From: Candidatus Zixiibacteriota bacterium
GTDB taxonomy: Bacteria; Zixibacteria; MSB-5A5; GN15; FEB-12
Assembly: GCA_049290195.1 (NCBI GenBank)
Contig: JBATNE010000165.1
Span: 1,074 to 65,073 of the forward strand
DNA: 64,000 nucleotides
Direction: 5' to 3'
The notes under the pieces were generated by a model. The model was not told the origin of the DNA. It made no database searches and saw only the letters and a list, made by a program, of their open reading frames with translations. Shown here piece by piece: positions 8,335-16,716 of this stretch (position 1 is the stretch's first letter; each line of letters starts with the position of its first letter). The translations under genes were made by a program, and so were the position numbers.

Positions 8335-11300
8335 ATGATGGAAAAACTGATTGATCTTGTTATCAGGCGACGCGCGGTCGTTCTCTGCCTCGCAGCCTTG
8401 CTGTGTGTGATGGGAACGGTGGCTTACATCAATTTACCGTTTGATGCCTTTCCGGACACGACGCCGGTGATGGTGCAGGTGAACGCATCGGCCCCCGGTT
8501 GGGCTGCGGAGGAAATTGAACGACAAATTACCTATCCGCTGGAGCAGGAACTTGCCGGGTTGACCGGACTGACTGAAGTCCGGTCGATTTCCAAGTTCGG
8601 CCTCTCACAGGTGACGCTCGTGTTCGACGACGACATTGATATCTATCTCGCCCGCCAGCAGACGGCGGAGCGGCTGGTCAGTGTCACGTTTCCCGATGGG
8701 GTGCCGGCTCCTCAGCTTGGACCGGTATCATCGGGATTGGGGGAAATCTTTCAGTACATTGTGGTCGGAAAGGCGGAAGATCCCACACTTGCCCGCACGG
8801 TCCAGGACTGGATTATCAAGCCGCAGTTGCAAGCGGTAGCTGGTGTGGCCGAAGTAAACAGCTGGGGCGGATTTGAGAAGCAGTTTCAGATTGTCGTAGA
8901 CCCGAACAAATTAATTCAGTACGAACTCAGTCTGTCGGCTGTGGTGGAGACTGTTCGTCGCGGGCTAACCAATGTCCCGGGTGGCGAGATGATTCGCGGC
9001 GGTGAGCAGACAGTTGTTCAGGGGGTTGGTGTTGTCAACTCGCGGGAGCAGATCGCCGAGTTGGTGGTGGCGACCCGTAACAGCGTTCCGATTCACGTTC
9101 ATGATCTGGCCGAGGTGGTGGTCGGCCATGAAATTCGTCGCGGCGCGGTCACCTATCAGGGAGCGGGTGAAGCGGTACTGGGGATTGGATTTCTCACGAC
9201 CGGACAGAATTCGAGCGATGTCTCACGTGCACTGGCTGCCCAGCTTGAGGAAGTCAAATCGTCCCTTCCGGCCGGTGTCGAAGTGAAGCCGGTGTACGAA
9301 CGGACACTCCTGGTGGACCATGTTCTGAGTACAGTGGAACACAACCTGCTGTACGGTGCCGCACTGGTGGTGGCAATACTCTTTCTCTTCTTGGGTAACA
9401 TGCGGGCCGGACTCATTGTGGCATCGGCAATTCCGCTCTCAATGATGTTCGCGTTCGATCTGATGTCACGCGCCGGGATTATCGGGAGCCTGATGAGTCT
9501 TGGGGCGATCGATTTCGGACTCGCGGTGGACAACGCGGTCATACAGGTCGAAAACAGTGTGCGGCGACTGGCCCATGAACCATCGAAAGAGAACCGGCTC
9601 GAAATCATCAAGCAGTCCATCATGGAAGTTCGGAAACCGACCCTGTTCGGTGAACTGATTATTATTCTGGTGTATCTTCCCATTCTGACTCTGCAGGGAG
9701 TTGAGGGGAAGATGTTTCGTCCGATGGCGCTGACGGTGGTGTTTGTGCTGGTGGGATCGCTCATCATGTCTTTTACCGTTATCCCGGCGTTAATTGCTAC
9801 GTTTCTCACCCGTCCAATTAAGGAACGTGAACCTTTCGTTGTCCGGTGGCTTCAACGCGCCTATCGGCCGACCATCGGGTGGGCGCTCAGACACAAGAGC
9901 ATCGTACTTTCGATCTCCTCGGCCGCCCTGGTGGTCGGTGTGCTGGCATTTCTGAGAATCGGAACGGAATTCATTCCGCGACTCAACGAAGGCAGTGTCG
10001 CGATCAATATCATTCGGTTGGCGGGAGTGGCGGTGGAGCAGTCAGTTCACGACAATACGAATATCGAGAACATTATTCTCAATGGTTTTCCGGATGAAGT
10101 TGACCATATCTGGTCGCGGGCCGGGAGTGCCGAACTGGCCACCGACCCGATGGGCTTGGAACTGACCGACATCTTCATGACGCTAAAACCGCAATCGGAA
10201 TGGCGTAAAGCGGAGACACAGGAGCAACTGGTGGCGCTGATCGATTCAGCTCTGGCTGATCTTCCCGGAATCAACCGGGTGTTCACTCAGCCGATTGAGA
10301 TGCGGGTCAATGAGATGATCGCGGGGATAAGATCCGATGTCGGAATCAAGATTTTCGGTGATGATCTTGAACTGCTTGAGCGTAAGGCCGATGAAATCGC
10401 GGCGCTCGCCAAAACGATTCCGGGAAATGCCGATGTTGCGGTCGACCAGTTGACCGGGCAACCGTCATTCCAGGTGCATGTCGATCGGGCCAAACTGTCC
10501 CGGTTTGGGGTACCGGCCGATGAGATCCTGGCATACGTCCAGAGTATCGGCGGTATTCATGTCGGGGAAGTGTACGAGGGTCAAAAGCGGTTTGACCTGG
10601 CTGTCAAAATGGATCCTTCGTACGCCGGTGTTCCTGAAGATATCGAGAGAATTCCGATTCAGGCCAGCGGAGCGCAAATTACCCTGGATCGGGTGACGAC
10701 TCCGTCTCTGGCCCCCGGCTACTCGACCATCACGCGCGAATGGGGAAAGCGAAGAGCGGTAGTGCAGTGCAATGTCCGGGGGCGGGATGTCGGATCGTTT
10801 GTCGAGGAGCTGCGAAAGAAGGTCGCAAGCGATATCGCGCTGGACCCGGGATATTTTGTCAGATACGGCGGCCAGTTTGAGAATTTCCAGCGGGCCGAAT
10901 CCCGACTCACGATCGTTGTGCCGCTAGTTCTCTTGTTGATACTCGGTTTGCTCTACTGGACGTATGGGTCAATGCGCGATGCCCTGTTGATCTTCTCCGG
11001 CGTTCCCCTGGCGGCCATTGGCGGAATCGCGGCACTGGTGATCCGCGGGATGCCCTTCTCGATTTCAGCTGGCGTGGGATTTATCGCGCTGTCCGGAATC
11101 GCGGTCTTAAACGGACTGGTACTGGTCTCGCAGATTAAGCGATTCCGGGCCGAAGGAATGAACTTGCAGGATGCGGTGCGTGAAAGCGGATCGGCCCGAC
11201 TTCGCCCGGTCCTCATGACTGCGCTCGTGGCGGCGTTTGGATTTATTCCGATGGCGTTGTCACAGGGCGTGGGAGCCGAAGTTCAGCGTCCGCTGGCGAC

Positions 11301-11400
11301 CGTCGTTATCGGCGGGATATTGAGTTCGACCGCGCTGACGTTGTTTGTCCTCCCGGTGCTGTACTCAATGCTGGGGGCGAAGACGGTTGCAGAGAAATGA
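8335..11400 (+). CDS. czcA: CusA/CzcA family heavy-metal efflux RND permease
   Basis: 1021 aa with a 12-TM RND layout and the HME-type motif GAIDFGLAVDNAVI. It starts 8 nt after the adaptor gene stop. Confidence 0.92.
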   Translation: MMEKLIDLVIRRRAVVLCLAALLCVMGTVAYINLPFDAFPDTTPVMVQVNASAPGWAAEEIERQITYPLEQELAGLTGLTEVRSISKFGLSQVTLVFDDDIDIYLARQQTAERLVSVTFPDGVPAPQLGPVSSGLGEIFQYIVVGKAEDPTLARTVQDWIIKPQLQAVAGVAEVNSWGGFEKQFQIVVDPNKLIQYELSLSAVVETVRRGLTNVPGGEMIRGGEQTVVQGVGVVNSREQIAELVVATRNSVPIHVHDLAEVVVGHEIRRGAVTYQGAGEAVLGIGFLTTGQNSSDVSRALAAQLEEVKSSLPAGVEVKPVYERTLLVDHVLSTVEHNLLYGAALVVAILFLFLGNMRAGLIVASAIPLSMMFAFDLMSRAGIIGSLMSLGAIDFGLAVDNAVIQVENSVRRLAHEPSKENRLEIIKQSIMEVRKPTLFGELIIILVYLPILTLQGVEGKMFRPMALTVVFVLVGSLIMSFTVIPALIATFLTRPIKEREPFVVRWLQRAYRPTIGWALRHKSIVLSISSAALVVGVLAFLRIGTEFIPRLNEGSVAINIIRLAGVAVEQSVHDNTNIENIILNGFPDEVDHIWSRAGSAELATDPMGLELTDIFMTLKPQSEWRKAETQEQLVALIDSALADLPGINRVFTQPIEMRVNEMIAGIRSDVGIKIFGDDLELLERKADEIAALAKTIPGNADVAVDQLTGQPSFQVHVDRAKLSRFGVPADEILAYVQSIGGIHVGEVYEGQKRFDLAVKMDPSYAGVPEDIERIPIQASGAQITLDRVTTPSLAPGYSTITREWGKRRAVVQCNVRGRDVGSFVEELRKKVASDIALDPGYFVRYGGQFENFQRAESRLTIVVPLVLLLILGLLYWTYGSMRDALLIFSGVPLAAIGGIAALVIRGMPFSISAGVGFIALSGIAVLNGLVLVSQIKRFRAEGMNLQDAVRESGSARLRPVLMTALVAAFGFIPMALSQGVGAEVQRPLATVVIGGILSSTALTLFVLPVLYSMLGAKTVAEK

Positions 11401-11624
11401 AACAATGATTTCGTGACCAGTGTATCGGCTGGCACGGCGCTCGCGTCCTGCTATGTGGTTGTTTATCACGGCCGTGAGGAAAAGGCAGCGGTCGGCAATT
11501 GTCTCTATCGAATCGCCGACCCCTTCGCCTTGAGTTTGAATCGATCGATCCATAGACTAGTTTAGTCCATACTTCCGCTTGAAGAAACACCCTGTTGCTG
11601 CTTCCTCACGGGTGGCAGTATTAG

Positions 11625-11927
11625 GTGGCACTCGACAAGATCAGCGAACTCCCAATCACCAAATGGAATTACAAGGGGGATACCAAGACAGAGCACATCG
11701 GTCCAACCGCACAGGATTTCCAGGAGACGTTTGGGGTAGGTTCCGATGGCAAGTCGATTTCGACAATTGATCCACCGGGCATTGCTCTGGCAGGAATCAA
11801 AGCACTGAGCAAGCAGAATCGGGAACTTCAGCAGCAGAATCGCGACCTGCAGAAGCAGAACGCCGATCTGAAGAAGCAGATGGAAGATCTGGCCCGCAAG
11901 GTGGAAGAATTAGCCGCCGGCAGGTAA
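11625..11927 (+). pseudogene. Orphan C-terminal fragment of a tail-fibre / peptidase S74 intramolecular-chaperone domain protein
   Basis: LDKISELPITKWNYKGDTKTEHIGPTAQDFQETFG ... IDPPGIALAGIKAL, followed by a Q/N/K-rich coiled coil, matches the S74 chaperone domain pattern. An in-frame TAG sits immediately upstream (11622-11624). There is no ATG, and the usual SD.RLK cleavage segment and any N-terminal domain are missing. Confidence 0.5.
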
Positions 11928-11964
11928 CACAGCGGCCACTTTGCGAACATGCCGCCGTCAGAAA

Positions 11965-11988
11965 CCCCCATGAGACATGGGGGTTTTT
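11965..11988 (+). terminator. Intrinsic terminator
   Basis: Perfect 7-bp stem cccccat / atggggg (11965-11971 and 11977-11983), loop gagac, then TTTTT (11984-11988). Confidence 0.65.
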
Positions 11989-12166
11989 CTTATGATAAGA
12001 ACTGACAATTCCACATTCGCGGTCGATGAGCCGCACTCATCTGAGTGGTGGACATTCTGCGAAAATGCAGGAACCCTGTGTGACTCGCACGGTTACAGCT
12101 ATGAATTATCGTTAAACATGACCGAGATAGGTCCACGTTCCTGTCTCAAAGTAGAAGGAGAGTCTC

Positions 12167-12634
12167 ATGCTCACCACAGTCACATCGCTTGTTGCCCTGC
12201 TCTCGACTGGACTCCTTGCCGGCATTTTCCTTGGACATCGATTAGGAACAAGTTTTGCCCTACCCCAGGTACCTGACTCGTCATTCGTGCGATTTCAGCA
12301 GGAGATACACATACGGTATGTCAAGTTCATGCCGGTCTTGCAGATTCTGTCGATCCTCGGCAACCTGATCTGGCTCCTTCTGCTTCGCACCGCACCGGCA
12401 GCTCCAAAGTTCATTCTTCTCGCGCTGGTGACAATCGGCTCAATCGCGGTATTTGCCATCACCCTGACGGTCAACGTACCGATTAACAAGAAGCTGATGA
12501 CCTGGAACTCAGCCACTCCTCCCTCCAACGTGCGGGAAATCTGGCGCCCCTGGGAGAAGGGAAACACGGTACGAACGATTCTCATGTCTGCCGTTTTTGC
12601 CCTCCAGGTGGTGGTAGTAAGCCTGGCTATGTAG
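12167..12634 (+). CDS. DUF1772-like (anthrone-oxygenase family) integral membrane protein
   Basis: ATG preceded by GAAGGAGA. It has four hydrophobic helices and the pattern VNVPINKKLMTWN...WRPWEKGNTVRT typical of this family. The family name is recalled from memory. Confidence 0.65.
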   Translation: MLTTVTSLVALLSTGLLAGIFLGHRLGTSFALPQVPDSSFVRFQQEIHIRYVKFMPVLQILSILGNLIWLLLLRTAPAAPKFILLALVTIGSIAVFAITLTVNVPINKKLMTWNSATPPSNVREIWRPWEKGNTVRTILMSAVFALQVVVVSLAM

Positions 12635-12796
12635 CAACAGGATACAATACCGATTCGGTCCGATAGTCGTCGGTGGCTATCGGACCGACTTCCGTTCCCA
12701 GGATTACCCGGTCTTGCCGCCTCGTTGATCATGTCGTATCTTGTCCGCAATCGTATTCGTTTACTGGGATCAAGCCATTTCAACGCGGGGTGAGAT

Positions 12797-14353
12797 ATGC
12801 TCAGACTGTTGATCGGCGCTTCATGTGTGTTCCTCTCCTTTGCCGGCGCATCTGCAAAAAACTGGAAGACTGATTTTCAGGCACTCGTTCATGCTTCGAC
12901 CGAATCTGCGCGAGATACGCTGATCGCACGAATTGTCGGCGCTAAGCCTCAGTGGCGCGATGTTGCGACTGCTATCAGGACTGTCACATTTGTCCCGACA
13001 ACTGGTGGAAAATGGTCACTCTACTCGATCGCCGGGATTGACGACGTCACCCGGCCCTACGCGCTCTATGTACCATCGAACTACAACCCAAAACTTGCGA
13101 CACCGCTGCTCGTGCACCTTCATGGTGTGGTCGGGCGTCCGATTATCGACACCAATCCCGATCAGTATGTCGGTAACTCGGCGATCATGGCCGAAGCGGA
13201 AAGACGGGACTGGCTGGTGCTGTTCCCGTTCGGTCAGGAGAAGGCAACCTGGTGGGACGAGGTCGGCATGGGAAATGTGGCCAACGAGATCAGGGCGGTG
13301 AAGACAACGTACAATGTCGATGACAACCGCGTCTACCTGAGCGGACTGTCAGATGGCGCAACCGGGGCCTTTCTCTTCTCTATGGCAAAGCCTGATGACT
13401 TCGCGGCCTATGTCGCCATCAACGGATCAATGGGAGGAGGAAGCGAAGACGGCGGGTTGTCGCTATACGCCACGAACATGGCGCGCTCCCATTATTACGT
13501 CGCCAATGCGGATCGGGATCGATACTTCCCTGCCGATCAGATGGAACGCACAATTGCCCTGGCCCGGCGGGCCGGCGCCGATATATCGTACCATCGACTA
13601 GTCGGTGAACATGTCCCCACCATGCAGGCGATTGAGTATCCCCCTGTCTTCGACTACCTGAACCAGTGCACGCGTGCCGTGACACCGGACACACTGGTCT
13701 GGGAAAGCGCTGTACCTCAATTTGGGCAGTGCAAATGGCTCGGGATCGATGAGGTTACAGTCGATGAGCCGGCGCCATGGTATGTCGACTACAATGTCTC
13801 GCTGGTGGACAGCTCCACTTCAATTGGGATTCAGACGTCGGATACGTTTCCCGGACCCGGTGTTATGGTCGCATCTCTGTCCGGCGGGGACTGCCTTTCG
13901 CGGAGGATCGGTCTGAAACCGGGAGATATCCTGCTTGGAGGGAATGGAGTTGCGATTGACAGCATGCCTGATCTGGCGAAATATCGCAAGACACTCAAGC
14001 GTGGGGCTGAGGCCACAATGATGATCAAGCGAGGCAACGAGCAGACGACTCTTCATTGTAGAATGCCGGTTCCCAGGAACTACTTCATCTTCAATCGGAC
14101 ACAGCCCTCGGCGGAAATCAAGGCTACCTATGCCGACAACAGATTCGATCTCCAGGGCTCGCGGGTGGGTGCATTTCGCCTGATGATTAGTCCGGAGATG
14201 GTGGATGTCAGCAGGAATGTCGTGGTTCTGTTCAACGGGAAGCAGATATTTGATGGCCGAATAGAGCCGGACATCTCCTTCCTGCTCAAGTCCTACCTGG
14301 CCAATCGAGACAGGTCGATGCTGTTTTTGAATCAGGTGACGTTTCGTCCATAG
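12797..14353 (+). CDS. Secreted alpha/beta-hydrolase (esterase/peptidase-like) with PDZ domain
   Basis: Signal peptide MLRLLIGASCVFLSFAGASA and nucleophile-elbow-like LSGLSDGATGAF. PDZ-like segment GLKPGDILLGGNGVAIDSMPDLAKYRKTLKRGAEATMMIKRGNE. Confidence 0.7.
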   Translation: MLRLLIGASCVFLSFAGASAKNWKTDFQALVHASTESARDTLIARIVGAKPQWRDVATAIRTVTFVPTTGGKWSLYSIAGIDDVTRPYALYVPSNYNPKLATPLLVHLHGVVGRPIIDTNPDQYVGNSAIMAEAERRDWLVLFPFGQEKATWWDEVGMGNVANEIRAVKTTYNVDDNRVYLSGLSDGATGAFLFSMAKPDDFAAYVAINGSMGGGSEDGGLSLYATNMARSHYYVANADRDRYFPADQMERTIALARRAGADISYHRLVGEHVPTMQAIEYPPVFDYLNQCTRAVTPDTLVWESAVPQFGQCKWLGIDEVTVDEPAPWYVDYNVSLVDSSTSIGIQTSDTFPGPGVMVASLSGGDCLSRRIGLKPGDILLGGNGVAIDSMPDLAKYRKTLKRGAEATMMIKRGNEQTTLHCRMPVPRNYFIFNRTQPSAEIKATYADNRFDLQGSRVGAFRLMISPEMVDVSRNVVVLFNGKQIFDGRIEPDISFLLKSYLANRDRSMLFLNQVTFRP

Positions 14354-14666
14354 CCGCAGGACAGCAGAGAATAGTCTGACTCCTGTAGACGCTTACGGGT
14401 GAGTGACGTCATCCTTCTCACAGAAGCCTCCACGTGGCGGAGCTGCACTTCTTGCGCTTTCTCCTTGCCACCGCCGCAGGGACCACTGTACTCACTTGTC
14501 TGCCAGCGATTTCGGTCAATTGGCACCGATCGCACCGGTCAAATACGCCCCGAAAAAGCGGCTAAGTCCTTGGCTGACCGTCAGAATCGGATTGCCGATT
14601 CAAGGAACATGGCGTAAATTACCTCCGATTTTACGATACCGATCAACCCGCAAGGAGTAAGTGCCT

Positions 14667-16613
14667 ATGGCGAAGGACAATACAGCCGACCAACCCAAAG
14701 CTTCGACAACGACAGCTTCACAGGATGCGTATGAAAATTACGAACTTCCGATTGAGGGTTTTAAGGGGACGGCAGATGAGATCGAGCAGCAGTGGTATGA
14801 CAAGTGTTATGTGGGCCGCGGCGATACCATAAAGCAACTTACCTGGCGTTCCATAATTATGGGATGGGCGCTCGGCGGAGTGCTGTCACTCACCAATATC
14901 TATATTGGTCTCAAGGCAGGGTGGTCTTTTGGAGTGGCCATCACAGCCTGCATTCTCTCGTACGCCCTCTGGACCGCCTTCTATAAGTCGGGGCTGGCCA
15001 AGTCCCAGATGACTATCCTTGAAAACAACTGCATGCAATCAACCGCCAGTTCGGCCGGCGCCTCTACCGGCGGAACGCTGATTTCCGCCTTCGCTGCTTA
15101 CATCATGCTCAACAATCAGACTCTCTCCTATGGTCTGATGCTGGCCTGGGTGTTCTTTATCGCCGTTCTTGGCGTGACCATGGCGATTCCAATGAAGCGC
15201 CAGATGATCAACATCGAGCAGCTCAGATTTCCCAGCGGGATCGCAGCCGCCGAGACGCTTCGGGCGCTGCACTCCACCGGGAAGAAGGGAGCTCGTGCCG
15301 CCCGGGCGTTGGGTATCTCCGGCCTCCTCGCTATGTTCAGCGCATTTCTATCCGACGGATTGCATCTCATAAAATCAACCCTTGGGGAGTTTGAAATTTC
15401 TGCTCTGGTAGGACGCTTCAACGAAGCAGTACTTGGTCAAGCCTGGGTCGGACGTACAGTCACGTTCGCCTGGGACCCGATCTTCATTGCCGCCGGAATG
15501 TTTGTGGGAATGCGAGTAGCCATTAGTATGTTCGTTGGCTCGATCGCCTGTTGGATGATCTTCGTTCCCTGGGTTCAGGCGAACATTCCCGAAGCTGCTC
15601 AAATCAGCGGCTTCAAAGCCACCGTCCAATGGACTCTATGGGGCGGAACTGCCTGCATGGTCACCTCCGGTATTCTCTCCGTGTTGTTCCAGTGGCGGAG
15701 CGCCCTTCGTGCGTTCAAAGGTCTTGGGGATATGGTCCTGAAGCGGGGTGAAAAGCAGAGTGACGCGCTCGCTTCGATTGAAACCCCCGGCTCCTGGTTT
15801 GTTGTCGGGCAAGTTGTCTCTCTGATAGCGCTGGCCATCCTGGGGCACTATACATTTGATATGCCCTATTGGCAGAGCTTTGTCGCGGTGCTTCTCAGCT
15901 TTGCATTGGCGCTGGTGGCCTGTCGTGTGACCGGTGAAACCGATACTACGCCGGTGGGAGCTATGGGGAAAATCACTCAGCTCACCTTCGGCGCCCTCTC
16001 TCCGGGGAACATGAATGTCAACCTCATGGCGGCCAACATTACGGCTGGAGCAGCGGGTTCCTCGGCTGATTTGCTCACCGACCTCAAGAGCGGCTATCTT
16101 CTTGGGGCGAATCCACGCAAGCAGTTTATCGCGCAGTTTGCCGGGATTTTCATCGGGACAATTGTCACCGTGACCGCTTTCCGTATTCTCGTTCCCAACG
16201 CCGCAGCACTGGGGACCAACCAATTTCCTGCTCCCGCTGCCCAGACCTGGAAGGGAGTGGCTGAAGCGATGTCTCTCGGTCTGAGCCATATGCACCCGGT
16301 CAAGATCTGGAGCATAGTGATCGGCGGACTGGCCGGCATTATCCTTCCGATCCTTTCTCGTCTCTTCCCCAAAAAGCAGAACTGGATTCCTTCGGCCGCC
16401 GGTCTTGGTCTGGCGTGGGTGTTCCAGTGGTTCTATGGCCTGCTGTTTTTTGTGGGTGCGGTGATCGGCTATGGCTGGCAGAAGAAAAATCCTGCGCAGA
16501 GCGAAGAATATCTCTTCCCGGTGGCATCCGGTATCGTCGCTGGTGGTGCGCTGATGGGAGTGATTTTGATCTTCTGGGAAAATGGCCCGGAGATTATCAA
16601 GACTCTGTTCTAA
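14667..16613 (+). CDS. OPT family oligopeptide transporter
   Basis: About 650 aa and polytopic (14 or more hydrophobic helices), with OPT-like segments such as SSADLLTDLKSGYLLGANPRKQF. ATG 14667 lies 9 nt after AAGGAG (14652-14657); the ORF opens at GTG 14661. Confidence 0.85.
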   Translation: MAKDNTADQPKASTTTASQDAYENYELPIEGFKGTADEIEQQWYDKCYVGRGDTIKQLTWRSIIMGWALGGVLSLTNIYIGLKAGWSFGVAITACILSYALWTAFYKSGLAKSQMTILENNCMQSTASSAGASTGGTLISAFAAYIMLNNQTLSYGLMLAWVFFIAVLGVTMAIPMKRQMINIEQLRFPSGIAAAETLRALHSTGKKGARAARALGISGLLAMFSAFLSDGLHLIKSTLGEFEISALVGRFNEAVLGQAWVGRTVTFAWDPIFIAAGMFVGMRVAISMFVGSIACWMIFVPWVQANIPEAAQISGFKATVQWTLWGGTACMVTSGILSVLFQWRSALRAFKGLGDMVLKRGEKQSDALASIETPGSWFVVGQVVSLIALAILGHYTFDMPYWQSFVAVLLSFALALVACRVTGETDTTPVGAMGKITQLTFGALSPGNMNVNLMAANITAGAAGSSADLLTDLKSGYLLGANPRKQFIAQFAGIFIGTIVTVTAFRILVPNAAALGTNQFPAPAAQTWKGVAEAMSLGLSHMHPVKIWSIVIGGLAGIILPILSRLFPKKQNWIPSAAGLGLAWVFQWFYGLLFFVGAVIGYGWQKKNPAQSEEYLFPVASGIVAGGALMGVILIFWENGPEIIKTLF

Positions 16614-16639
16614 GAATTGAATTTCTTGCAGTATATGCC

Positions 16640-16674
16640 AAGGGCAGGTCACGTGACCTGCCCTTGTGTGTTTT
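16640..16674. terminator. Bidirectional terminator hairpin between convergent genes
   Basis: Perfect 26-nt palindrome aagggcaggtcac/gtgacctgccctt (16640-16665), followed by gtgtgtttt. Confidence 0.6.
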
Positions 16675-16716
16675 GTAAGACCGACTTAAACTGGTAAGCC
16701 GCCGTCACCGTGCCTG

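Noticed and set aside
11306-11590. Minus-strand ORFs (94 aa and 62 aa) between czcA and the S74 fragment
   Set aside because: One overlaps the czcA 3' end. Both give Arg/Ser/Pro-rich text with no start context or motif. They are treated as non-coding.
14613-14635. Hairpin in the OPT transporter leader whose loop contains CCUCC (possible anti-SD sequestrator)
   Set aside because: The stem is only 6 bp with an 11-nt loop. Complementarity to the AAGGAG site at 14652-14657 is only about 4 nt. That is not distinguishable from chance.
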